Virus record (IMG/VR): IMGVR_UViG_3300012663_001722
Location: 22,278-86,277 of that record
Reading direction: 5' to 3' (one strand)
DNA length: 64,000 nucleotides
From: a virus
Lineage: Duplodnaviria; Caudoviricetes
This document shows, in pieces, positions 55,568-64,000 of this stretch. The notes under the pieces were generated by a model, which saw only the letters and a program-made list of their open reading frames with translations, made no database searches and had not been told where the DNA came from. The translations under genes and the position numbers were made by a program. How positions within the stretch are numbered: position 1 is the stretch's first letter; each line of letters begins with the position of its first letter.

Positions 55568-57385
55568 TTATAGTATGTTTGTGCCAATAACTTCTTCGAA
55601 CGATACACCTGTGCGAATAGCTACAAAGTTTAGAGTGATATAGTTGATGCTCTTAGATGGCTTGATAAAGATCGTACCAACAAATCTGTTATTATCAATA
55701 ACTTCAGGAGTATTGTTACTTTCGTCACAAACTATTCTAAAGTCAATGATACCTCTACGACCTTGAACTTCGCGAAGATATGGCTCAACCGCATTTCTAA
55801 ATGCTGCACGAGTAAATTCGTCGTTAAGTTCAAATAGCAAGAATTTACTTGCAGTAGCAATTGCTTTTTCAATTGTAATAAAGAGACGGCGAACATTGAT
55901 GCGGTCAAACGCACCAGGTTTAGCTTGTGCAGTTTTATCACCAAAGAGAATAATGCCATTGCCTGGGCTGCTAATAAGTGGATTAATACGAGCAGTATAC
56001 AAATCATCGCGATCAGCTTGTTTTGGATTATAAGCAAGTTTTGTTACACCCAATAGATTGCCGCGATTAAAGCCCGCAGGACTAAACCAAGGATCAGCTA
56101 AACGATCTGTCTTAGCGCAAAGACCAGCCATATGTCCGCAAGCAGGAATCCATGCAAATGCGTCACGATAGCGATTATAAACATAAACTGGAGTGCTATC
56201 AAACACAACATAACTACTTGATGCATTGGAAAGACCAGAGAACTTGGCTTTAACATTAGTAAGCTTTGTAGAATCAACTGAAACAGTTGAAATTGATAAT
56301 GGCGCACTAATAAAAGCTAAGCAGTCTTTTCGTGTTGTATCTGCAAGCTCAATAAGCTTATCATCAACTACTTTTTGTGTAGTATTATCTGCAAAATTAT
56401 GTGCAAAAACAAAGTTAATATCAATCGCTTCTGTATTTTCAAATTGTCCTAGAGCTGTAACTAAATCAGCTTCGCCAAAACTTGATGCATCAGTTCCACC
56501 TTCAAATTGATATTCTCCGCCAAATAGTTCAGCTGTCCAGTAATTTGCATATTCCGCATTGGTTAAGCCACTCTTATCACCGCTAAAGTTTACACCCCAA
56601 ACATAGCTTGAGCTATTGTTGAGTACATCTGCCCAATAGATCGATTGGCCTGAAGAATTTTTGGCACCAGTAAAATAAGAAAGACCTTGATAAACTTCAA
56701 GAATTTCACCAGCAGAGCCAGTAATAAGACCAAGTCTATCATAAACAATAATTGTTACTTCATCTTCTTCTACTGTTTTGTTCAATAAAGCTGCCTTAGC
56801 AACGCTCCAATCCGTAGATGTTGGATCATATGTTTTTGCAGATTTAACAGCTAATGGTATTTCATTAGCGGCAGTATTAGAATCAATAGCAACAACACCA
56901 ATAGAATTACCAATAGCACCAGTATAGCGTGCAACAAATCTTATACGCGCTGCACGTAGTGCAGTTTGACTATTTGAAAGGTCACCAATATTATTAATAT
57001 TAAGACCTGGACCAATATATGTACCATTTGAACTATAACCATAACCATAACCATCTACATTATAACCATAACCATAACCAGCTGTAAAGTCATTTCCGCT
57101 ATGAGCATTTGTGCTGCTATCATCTGCACGAACAACACGTAATGTGTTGCTATACTTCAAATAGCTTGCAGCAGTTAAGAAGCTTCTTTCGAGATCATCA
57201 ACCTTTGTGGTTGGTGCTCCGAATAAAAGAGCTAGGTCGGTTTCAGAACCAACGTTAACTGGTGTGTTAACTGGTCCCCATCTAAAAAACCCTGCAAAAC
57301 CACCAACGCTTGTTGCTAGTGCGGGTATGATATTTGTCAAATCTGTTTCTTTGACTTCTACTCCAGGTGATATTAAAAATCCCAT
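55568..57385 (-). CDS. 18: tail sheath protein gp18
   Basis: SPGVEVKETDLT, FRWGPV, WFSPAGFNRG, FDRINVRRLFI.IEKAI, FELNDEFTR, IKPSKSINYITLNFVA. Confidence 0.97.
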   Translation of the reverse strand: MGFLISPGVEVKETDLTNIIPALATSVGGFAGFFRWGPVNTPVNVGSETDLALLFGAPTTKVDDLERSFLTAASYLKYSNTLRVVRADDSSTNAHSGNDFTAGYGYGYNVDGYGYGYSSNGTYIGPGLNINNIGDLSNSQTALRAARIRFVARYTGAIGNSIGVVAIDSNTAANEIPLAVKSAKTYDPTSTDWSVAKAALLNKTVEEDEVTIIVYDRLGLITGSAGEILEVYQGLSYFTGAKNSSGQSIYWADVLNNSSSYVWGVNFSGDKSGLTNAEYANYWTAELFGGEYQFEGGTDASSFGEADLVTALGQFENTEAIDINFVFAHNFADNTTQKVVDDKLIELADTTRKDCLAFISAPLSISTVSVDSTKLTNVKAKFSGLSNASSSYVVFDSTPVYVYNRYRDAFAWIPACGHMAGLCAKTDRLADPWFSPAGFNRGNLLGVTKLAYNPKQADRDDLYTARINPLISSPGNGIILFGDKTAQAKPGAFDRINVRRLFITIEKAIATASKFLLFELNDEFTRAAFRNAVEPYLREVQGRRGIIDFRIVCDESNNTPEVIDNNRFVGTIFIKPSKSINYITLNFVAIRTGVSFEEVIGTNIL

Positions 57386-57468
57386 ATTTGTTTCCTTTCA
57401 GTTGTTGTTAATAAGTTTATTGCATACTAAGTTTATGACTCACAAGCTTATTTATAAATTATACACTT

Positions 57469-59046
57469 TCAAAGTGTATGCCACTCTCTTGCATTATCTA
57501 TTAGTTGGTCATATGCACTGCCCATTGATGTTGTCGTTGAAACATAACCAAACGGTGGCAAATCCTCTTCCATCTCAAGCATCTTTTCACTATATAGTAA
57601 TTCTCGTAGGTCAGTATCACTCATGCCATTAAATACATCTGTACTCACAAACCAAGAGAAGAGTACGAAATTCATAACACTATCATCATGTGCACCTTCA
57701 CTTGCGGCAAAGCTATCACCCTTTGGTACAAAATTTGCGAGCTCACTGATTGTATAGGCATCAACAATGTGTAGTTTATTGCCTTCTAACAAATCCTTTA
57801 GATTGCTGCAACCAACGCGTTTAACCTTTTTTGTCATGACAACGCCAATGCCGTTACTCTTAACAGCACTTGTTGTAAACATATTTTCATATTCATAGTC
57901 ATAATAAACAGCGTTGCACACAACCTGACCAACATCATTGTTTTCAATAATAACAAGTGCCTGATTATATTGTGTTGCTGCTCGAACAATAAGATTAGGA
58001 AATAGCAAGGGTGAAATAGTATTGTTGCGATAGGTACAAACCTGCTTAAACGGTTTTGATGATATGTCAATTACTGAGAAGGTACTATAATCCTGTCCAC
58101 GACCTTTACTAACATCAGCTACAAGTATATAGGCATGATCTTCTTGCGGCGCCTCATAATAAGCAATATCATGCTGCATATTAATTGGACTTTGTGCTTG
58201 CATGCCAAGCAAGCATGTGCTATTTACTAGTGTATCTGCACTGCCGACAAATTCGCAACTAAACTCTTGTCGAAACTGTGCTTCGCTTGTATTTGCAATT
58301 GTATTAGCTCGCCAATCGTCATCTCGACCGGGCACATCCCGCCAATTAATAGTAAATGGTTTAAATTCATTGCTGTTACTAATTGCACCTTGCCATAGTT
58401 TATAAAACATATTGCCGACACCATTTGGTGTACTTGTAATAATAACCTTTGTATCACTACCGGAGCTAATTACAGGATATGTACTTGTATAAAATTCTTC
58501 GGCTTTATGTACAAAGGCAAACTCATCAAGAAAAATAATGTTTGCACTTATGCCCCGAATACTGCTGCTGCTTGTTGCAGCGGCAATAATCTCACTATTA
58601 TGTGCAAATACAATATTACCTTTATTAAGCACTCTTACACCAGGCTGCAAAAAGAATGGCAGATTTTCAAGCATAAGAGTAAAACGACTTAACATCTCGC
58701 GGGCAATTGCTCCTTTGTTTGCGAGTACTGCAACCCTTTTATCTGCGTTGAAAACCATATAGTGTAATAGCCATGCAACACTAGTCACACTCTTACCACT
58801 TTGTCTTGGAGCCAAAACAATACTAAATCGATTAGCACTATAGTGTTTTACAAGATTGCTTTGATAGCCACGTAATTCAAATGGCACGAGCCCATGATCC
58901 AGACTAATGACCTTTACATAATTCTTACAAAAATATTCGACATCATCACGACAGCGAATATATTCACTCACTTCATGTGCTGTAAAATTTTGTTGTACCC
59001 CATCTGCTTTTATTTTGGGGTTTCCATTATATGAATTATTTTGCAT
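57469..59046 (-). CDS. 17: terminase large subunit gp17
   Basis: PRQSGKS, IFLDEFAFV, ITSTPNG, FRQEF.CEF, ADVSKGRGQDYS, HDDSVM. Confidence 0.97.
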   Translation of the reverse strand: MQNNSYNGNPKIKADGVQQNFTAHEVSEYIRCRDDVEYFCKNYVKVISLDHGLVPFELRGYQSNLVKHYSANRFSIVLAPRQSGKSVTSVAWLLHYMVFNADKRVAVLANKGAIAREMLSRFTLMLENLPFFLQPGVRVLNKGNIVFAHNSEIIAAATSSSSIRGISANIIFLDEFAFVHKAEEFYTSTYPVISSGSDTKVIITSTPNGVGNMFYKLWQGAISNSNEFKPFTINWRDVPGRDDDWRANTIANTSEAQFRQEFSCEFVGSADTLVNSTCLLGMQAQSPINMQHDIAYYEAPQEDHAYILVADVSKGRGQDYSTFSVIDISSKPFKQVCTYRNNTISPLLFPNLIVRAATQYNQALVIIENNDVGQVVCNAVYYDYEYENMFTTSAVKSNGIGVVMTKKVKRVGCSNLKDLLEGNKLHIVDAYTISELANFVPKGDSFAASEGAHDDSVMNFVLFSWFVSTDVFNGMSDTDLRELLYSEKMLEMEEDLPPFGYVSTTTSMGSAYDQLIDNAREWHTL

Positions 59047-59052
59047 TTTTTT

Positions 59053-59119
59053 GTTTACAAACTTTCAACATTGTGTATAATAGGTGCCATGCACCTTCGG
59101 CTGAATGAAATGAAGACGA
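59053..59119 (+). ncRNA. counter-oriented promoter plus double-hairpin element, copy 3
   Basis: GTTTAC-N17-TATAAT, then AGGTGC-CAT-GCACCT and TCGGCT-GAATGAAATGA-AGACGA (one mismatch). Confidence 0.55.
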
Positions 59120-59133
59120 TAGCTGCAGCTTAT

Positions 59134-59574
59134 CTATGCCTGTTGATTTTGATTACTTAAGAATTTTTGAAGTTCAGTAGTTGTACCAACAAAAATTGCA
59201 TTGTTTGTTGTACTATTTGCCTCATTAGGCTTATTGCCTTTGATCAAAGTTTTACGCTGCTTTTGAAGATCAAGCAGCTGCTGATTCATTTCAGCGCTTT
59301 GTTTGATCATATTGCCAAGCACCTCATATGCTCTAGGGTGTTCAGCATCAGTAGCAAGTGCATGTAAGTTACTTATAACCTCATCGCTTGTCTCGAGAAG
59401 TTTTTTCATGCGTACTCGAGCATATTCAAAATCATCTTGCGCATCACTTATTAGTGCTTCATCACTTGGCTCAGGCGTTAAAATCTTTGGAGGAGCTGGA
59501 GCTGGCATCATAATCTCAAGCTGACCAGTCAAGTTTTTCATTAACTCACTTTTATGGGATTGGTCGGTTTTCAT
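59134..59574 (-). CDS. 16: terminase small subunit gp16
   Basis: DDFEYAR......L..........A...EHPRAYEV...MIK...TNNAIFVGTT.ELQK. Confidence 0.9.
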   Translation of the reverse strand: MKTDQSHKSELMKNLTGQLEIMMPAPAPPKILTPEPSDEALISDAQDDFEYARVRMKKLLETSDEVISNLHALATDAEHPRAYEVLGNMIKQSAEMNQQLLDLQKQRKTLIKGNKPNEANSTTNNAIFVGTTTELQKFLSNQNQQA

Positions 59575-60358
59575 AAATTACAGGTATAGGAGGAAATTGT
59601 TCTCCAAAATATTCAATCTCAAAGCTTTCATCAAGAGATGTTTGATCCTCATAATGTGCACGTGTTCGTGTTGACTCTAGGGGATTTGCACCAGACTCAC
59701 TATCAATATCAAAATAGCTAACATCAACTGCGGTAATTAATCCACCTCCACTTAGATTAACCGGAGAGCTAATGAATTTAACACGCACATCAAAGTCAAG
59801 TGTATAAATGACGGTTCGTCGACTATTTTCATAATCACCTTCATATGAGTCATCTTTGTTAACAGCAGTTAGACTAACAGGTATATCAGTCAAACTATCG
59901 GGACCTTCTAGACCCTTTGCAGTAACACTATATGTTGGATTGAAATATGGCAGAATCTGTTCAACAATTTGCATTGCTTCGTCATGACCACGACTTATAA
60001 TGCTAAGACTAAAGTTTAAGATATATGGCACAGCTTGCCATATTTTAACATTATTGCCATCGCCATCTTGCTGTACAGTGCGATTCATACGATTAAGCTT
60101 TGTCTCTGTGTCGAGATTCATACTTGTTATTTCAAAACTCATGCGAGGCAATTTGATACTAATAGCATCGCTTGGACCTTTAGCATTAATACGTGAGAGA
60201 TAGCGTTCAATTGGTGCATAGGTTAATGGGACACGAACTGTACCAGAACCACCACCATTTTCGGCAGGACGTACAATCTTTATATCATTAAAAAGTGTGC
60301 CAAAAATAGCTACAGTCTTTTTAATGGTTTTATTATAATAATATTCGCGACTCATCAT
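59552..60358 (-). CDS. 15: tail sheath stabilizer / completion protein gp15
   Basis: IKKTVAIFGTLFNDI, VPLTYAP, LPRMSFE, QIVEQILPYFNP, RRTVIYTLDF. Confidence 0.93.
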   Translation of the reverse strand: MMSREYYYNKTIKKTVAIFGTLFNDIKIVRPAENGGGSGTVRVPLTYAPIERYLSRINAKGPSDAISIKLPRMSFEITSMNLDTETKLNRMNRTVQQDGDGNNVKIWQAVPYILNFSLSIISRGHDEAMQIVEQILPYFNPTYSVTAKGLEGPDSLTDIPVSLTAVNKDDSYEGDYENSRRTVIYTLDFDVRVKFISSPVNLSGGGLITAVDVSYFDIDSESGANPLESTRTRAHYEDQTSLDESFEIEYFGEQFPPIPVIYENRPIP

Positions 60359-60361
60359 GGC

Positions 60362-61282
60362 TTAACTGGGCTCCCCAAATGGATTATCTTCAGAGAAATC
60401 AATAAAATCCTCTTCAATTGCTGTTTGTTTGAATTTGCTATTTTGGCTCATGCGATCATTAGTGAATAGCAAATCATTATTGTCACCAATGACATAGCTA
60501 TCTATAACTGTTGCAGTAGCACCTGATTTTGTGCCAGTAAAGACTGTGCCAACACCAAGTTGTGTAGGTGCACCGCTCATAAAGGTTGGCACACCAACAA
60601 CTATTTGATTTTTATTTTCATCAAGTTTATATTTGTAGAATTTAACAAGACCGCTTGTTGTAAGATATGTGAATGTTAGACTTTCACCAGCAAGAAACTC
60701 ACCAGTTGCAGTTGTAGAGTTATATTCAAAAATATTGCTATCGCTGTTATTATATTCAATGCTGTCAATCTCGTGCACACCTGTGTTTATGTTTTGACTT
60801 TCATATTCGAAAAGTTCACATGTGAGTGTCCAGATTGGTGCATCCTTTAGTTGTAAAAAGGGTTTTTCATTTGCCACATATTTGATTTCAAATAGTTTCT
60901 TAATTGGACTAAGCGGAAAGAATATCAAATCGCCTTCAGTTGGTCGATTGTTATTAGCTGCCATGCCATAGCGCCCAACGTCTTGAGTCCAACGACGTTT
61001 GCTAACTATAAGATTCATTTGATCTCTTATCTCAAGACCAAATTTACCAAGTAACTTGCCATCACCCTCATAGCCATCAATACTTTCAACATACATTTCA
61101 ATCTTAAAACTATGGCTGAAATTGCTTAGCAGATCTTCATTTAAGATATTATCCTTTGTTACAATATGACGTGGTATGTAATAGACGTCTGTGCCATAGA
61201 TCTTAATAGCCTCAATGATTAAATTTTCATAGAGTTCCTTTTCTGATCTTTGACCATTCTGGAAATATTGATTAGTAGGCAT
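60362..61282 (-). CDS. 14: neck protein gp14
   Basis: E.IKIYG.DVYYIPR, IEMYVES.DGYEG.G.LL.KFGLEIRD, PTEGDLIFFP, DFSEDNPFGE. Confidence 0.93.
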   Translation of the reverse strand: MPTNQYFQNGQRSEKELYENLIIEAIKIYGTDVYYIPRHIVTKDNILNEDLLSNFSHSFKIEMYVESIDGYEGDGKLLGKFGLEIRDQMNLIVSKRRWTQDVGRYGMAANNNRPTEGDLIFFPLSPIKKLFEIKYVANEKPFLQLKDAPIWTLTCELFEYESQNINTGVHEIDSIEYNNSDSNIFEYNSTTATGEFLAGESLTFTYLTTSGLVKFYKYKLDENKNQIVVGVPTFMSGAPTQLGVGTVFTGTKSGATATVIDSYVIGDNNDLLFTNDRMSQNSKFKQTAIEEDFIDFSEDNPFGEPS

Positions 61283-61285
61283 AAT

Positions 61286-62035
61286 TTATCCAACAAAAAA
61301 GTCAACAGGATTGCTATAGAAAAGATCAAATCTTTCTTTAAGTTCTTTAAGATCTGTGACAGCATCGTCATAAATCTGACGACCACTAATTGTCACACCA
61401 CCTGGTAATTGCATGCCTTCAAACTTGCTAAGATTCTGACCCCATTGTTTTTTAATTAGCAGCGTTAATAGCTCTTTAAGAGCCATGTCATTATAAACAT
61501 CTGGATAGCTATTAGGATCAACGCTTGTATAGCATTCAATAATAATAAAGTCACCAACCTTTGTTTTATCTCGCAATAGACCATGAAATTCAATAGTATC
61601 CATATGGCGAGCATAGCTTAATTGACCAGTATGACCAGTAATAATATTCTGCACAAGACTAATATATTGACTTGTCATCTCATAGTTAATAATGCCGCCT
61701 GGATTTCTTAGGCCATATACGTCATTAAGAAACATCTGATATTTAGCACTAAACATACTTGCGCTGCTAGTATCATTAAAACTAAGTATTCGTGTGACAC
61801 TTAGTATATTCTCTGGCAAATTGCTAATCTTATTATTATCAAGATCAGGCTGAGTTATCTCATGTTTAAGTAATGTACGCACAACTGCATCACTATGATA
61901 TTCTTGCCAGAATTGAATCGCTTCATCAATGCGATCTTCTAATTGATCATCATCAATATTAATCTCCATAACTGGTGCACCGAGTGCTCGCAAACAATAG
62001 TCGGCCAGTTCTTGTCTTGTACTAGGTCTTGCCAT
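61286..62035 (-). CDS. 13: neck protein gp13
   Basis: MARPSTRQEL.DYCLR.LGAPV.EINIDDDQ.EDRIDEA, KKQWGQNLSKFEGMQLPGGVT. Confidence 0.95.
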   Translation of the reverse strand: MARPSTRQELADYCLRALGAPVMEINIDDDQLEDRIDEAIQFWQEYHSDAVVRTLLKHEITQPDLDNNKISNLPENILSVTRILSFNDTSSASMFSAKYQMFLNDVYGLRNPGGIINYEMTSQYISLVQNIITGHTGQLSYARHMDTIEFHGLLRDKTKVGDFIIIECYTSVDPNSYPDVYNDMALKELLTLLIKKQWGQNLSKFEGMQLPGGVTISGRQIYDDAVTDLKELKERFDLFYSNPVDFFVG

Positions 62036-62050
62036 AAGACTATTTATGCC

Positions 62051-62365
62051 TTATTTAATAAACTTTTCAGGATCTTTCTGAAACATTTTGCCAAGCTTAA
62101 CAATGCCTGCAATGATCTCTGGTGTTATAACACCAATGATGCCATAGATAAGTGCTTTATGAAAACTACTAAGATCAGTGTGCTCTAATATAGTCCAGGC
62201 AATACTAGTAGTAACACTCGCACTGAATACGCGTTTAAGCTGTTCAAATAGACTTAGCTTAACACTACTACTCATAAGACGAGCAGCCATGGCCGCCGCA
62301 CCAATCACTGCGATAATCCAACCGCGCTCAACAAATTCTTTGGCCAAAGCTTTAATATCTTCCAT
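62051..62365 (-). CDS. small membrane protein, holin-like
   Basis: Two to three hydrophobic segments, basic C-terminus, late promoter TATAAATA upstream. Confidence 0.55.
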   Translation of the reverse strand: MEDIKALAKEFVERGWIIAVIGAAAMAARLMSSSVKLSLFEQLKRVFSASVTTSIAWTILEHTDLSSFHKALIYGIIGVITPEIIAGIVKLGKMFQKDPEKFIK

Positions 62366-62401
62366 ATAAATACTATTTATAAAAATAACAATATTAAGAT
62401 T

Positions 62402-62569
62402 ATGAAACGTATATCTATCAATGACAATTACAAACAGCTATTCTGGAAACTCGGTTGCGGAACAGTTGAATATATCGAAATTTATAATGAGGATGGAGAT
62501 AAACTATATTTTAAAGCCGGCTCAGGTCGGTTTCATATGTTAAGGGGGGAGCTAGCAGATTATCAATAA
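62402..62569 (+). CDS. hypothetical 55-aa protein on the opposite strand
   Basis: MKRISINDNYKQLFWKLGCGTVEYIEIYNEDGDKLYFKAGSGRFHMLRGELADYQ* fills an otherwise empty gap. Confidence 0.5.
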   Translation: MKRISINDNYKQLFWKLGCGTVEYIEIYNEDGDKLYFKAGSGRFHMLRGELADYQ

Positions 62570-62931
62570 GCTAGCTCAATTTTTTTCCAGGCACGGCCAC
62601 CATTCTCAGCAAAATCTGCTGGCACAACATAGTCAGTATCATAAAGAATATTTTCGAGAATAACTGGCACAAGCTGATAAAACTCAAGTGCCGGAGTTAA
62701 TCCTAATCCAGCTATTGCATTTAAAATGCTTATAACAGCATTTGTTGGAAACTCAGTGCTAATAATAGAACTTACACCAGATACAGTTGTTACTGATAAG
62801 AAAAAAACAATTGGATATGCAAGTGGACTATAATCAATAGTATATGCTCCTAATTGGTTTAAAGCATTGCGCGACTCGGTGAAAGTCGATGCTGTCATAA
62901 AATTATCAATATTTTGAGTTACTTGAGGCAT
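62563..62931 (-). CDS. hypothetical protein (122 aa)
   Basis: Clean ORF in the late region. Confidence 0.65.
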   Translation of the reverse strand: MPQVTQNIDNFMTASTFTESRNALNQLGAYTIDYSPLAYPIVFFLSVTTVSGVSSIISTEFPTNAVISILNAIAGLGLTPALEFYQLVPVILENILYDTDYVVPADFAENGGRAWKKIELAY

Positions 62932-62989
62932 AATGTTATTTATGTTTTTAATTTATTAGTAATTACTTATGGAACAGCAGGATAATTTG

Positions 62990-63292
62990 TTAATTTGTTT
63001 CTAATTCAAAATCTTCTGGATTGATTTCAATACGAGAGTCAAGTCCACCAAGCGTCTCTATGATAGCCGCAAACTCAGGAAAGTCCATTGGAGTTTGCGG
63101 CGGGTTGCCAAATAGTGGAGTAGAAAGTAGACAGTCATCGCATGTAATGAAGTGCAATCCTACGTGTGCGCCGCTATGGATAGGAGTACTGCCAGCCAGC
63201 CAGAACACAGGCATCCCGCGACTTGTCTGAGCTTCTGCAATAGCAGTATTGACTGCATCTGCTTGTTCTTTAGTTGTTACGAATCCGATCAT
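62990..63292 (-). CDS. hypothetical protein (100 aa), possibly tail-associated
   Basis: Tightly coupled to the upstream ORF. Confidence 0.65.
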   Translation of the reverse strand: MIGFVTTKEQADAVNTAIAEAQTSRGMPVFWLAGSTPIHSGAHVGLHFITCDDCLLSTPLFGNPPQTPMDFPEFAAIIETLGGLDSRIEINPEDFELETN

Positions 63293-63293
63293 A

Positions 63294-64000
63294 TTATGAA
63301 AGTGTTAATCCAGTGCAAGCCTCCCAAAGTGTTTTGAGGGTAGCAACATATGCTACATCTTGTGCAGAAGACAATTCAGTGCTGGTACTAAAGGCTCCTA
63401 TTGGGTAGTTCATCCCAATAGATCCATTGCTCTCTCCTAAAATAAACAAATTGGCAGAAGGGAATGTGGTTGCTACGCTACCATTGATAATCTCTGAATC
63501 TGTAGAACTAGATATGTGTTCTTTCAAGTAAAGATTATTTGCAACACTATCGTTACCAAGGCTAATGACGCTGGGCAGATTTGTAAAAAAACTATTAACA
63601 AATATCCGTTCCATCACACGAGTGTAAGAATAACCATCACTCCAAAAAGGAAAAATACTATTTCCAGATGCAGAATAATTATTTACACTAAACGGTATTG
63701 AATAATTTTCTTCTGGACCTCCCGGTAGAAGCATTGCAAAATGGAAACTATTTTTTGTAATACCTAATGCACCAAGATTAGTGTTGGTGTTCATATTGCC
63801 ACTGCTATTGCTAGTTACTTTTACACCCTTAGCTTCATGGAGAATAGAACCTGAAAATGTGCCGCTAGTAAGTGACTTCATGCAGATCGCATTTGCAGCC
63901 GCAAGTTGCCAAATTGGAAAGTAGATACGCTTATGTTTATCCCAGCGTCCTGCAGCTTTTTCACTGCTGATAAAAGTTGTTATTGCATTATTACGAGATT
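63294..64000 (-). CDS. probable tail fibre / receptor-binding-type protein, C-terminal part (5' end outside the window)
   Basis: The frame stays open from 63881 to 63998 (SRNNAITTFISSEKAAGRWDK...FPIWQLAAANAICMKSLTSGTF), so the track's ATG is internal; beta-rich, rich in Ser/Asn/Gly. Confidence 0.5.
   Translation of the reverse strand, partial: SRNNAITTFISSEKAAGRWDKHKRIYFPIWQLAAANAICMKSLTSGTFSGSILHEAKGVKVTSNSSGNMNTNTNLGALGITKNSFHFAMLLPGGPEENYSIPFSVNNYSASGNSIFPFWSDGYSYTRVMERIFVNSFFTNLPSVISLGNDSVANNLYLKEHISSSTDSEIINGSVATTFPSANLFILGESNGSIGMNYPIGAFSTSTELSSAQDVAYVATLKTLWEACTGLTLS

Noticed and set aside
57030-57085. GYGYGY repeats in gp18
   Set aside because: A short low-complexity surface loop with no further supporting signal
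26154-59046. Inteins or introns in gp41, gp43, UvsW or gp17
   Set aside because: Protein lengths are typical and the motifs are contiguous, so no insertion is evident
14942-59119. Hairpin elements as CRISPR repeats or hammerhead ribozymes
   Set aside because: The copies are dispersed rather than arrayed with spacers. The CTGAATGA loop resembles but does not match the hammerhead CUGANGA…GAAA core, and the required stems are missing.
45871-59160. Leaderless plus-strand peptides MHLRLNEMK… (45871-45939 and 59089-59160) from hairpin elements 2 and 3
   Set aside because: Copy 1 has TTA instead of CAT in the loop and so lacks the ATG. The shared residues simply reflect the conserved RNA/DNA motif, and the C-termini are unrelated.
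155-63701. Numerous plus-strand ORFs in the track (for example 1859-2722, 40219-40971)
   Set aside because: They are antisense shadows of clearly recognisable minus-strand genes and have no motifs of their own

Overview
This window is a 64-kb segment of a large T4-like myophage genome (gp55/gp43/gp23 type), with essentially all genes on the minus strand. From left to right it holds: an accessory early region built from repeated promoter cassettes, with an RNA ligase and Prs-like plus Nampt-like NAD+ recovery genes; nucleotide metabolism genes (RNase H, EndoII-like, NrdAB); a late cluster of probable capsid-packaged proteins (HIGH nucleotidyltransferase, ligase-motif protein, AAA ATPase, muramidase); the replication core (gp41, UvsX, gp42 dCMP hydroxymethylase, primase-polymerase, gp43, RegA, gp62/44/45); a MoxR/VWA pair; gp46/47/55 and UvsW/Y; and the head, tail and neck genes (gp3, 23, 22, 21, 67, 20-13). 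No tRNA, rRNA or CRISPR array was seen. Five observations stand out. (1) Three counter-oriented sigma70-type promoters each precede a conserved, covarying double hairpin and face a late-type promoter. (2) An A9 / A_AAA_AAG frameshift site probably extends a head protein. (3) Two GIY-YIG homing endonucleases each left an orphan 5' copy of the gene they invaded. (4) Both early and late transcripts appear largely leaderless. (5) A NARP1-like gene pair has a nucleoside-deoxyribosyltransferase-like neighbour. All protein calls rest on motif recognition by eye, not database searches.
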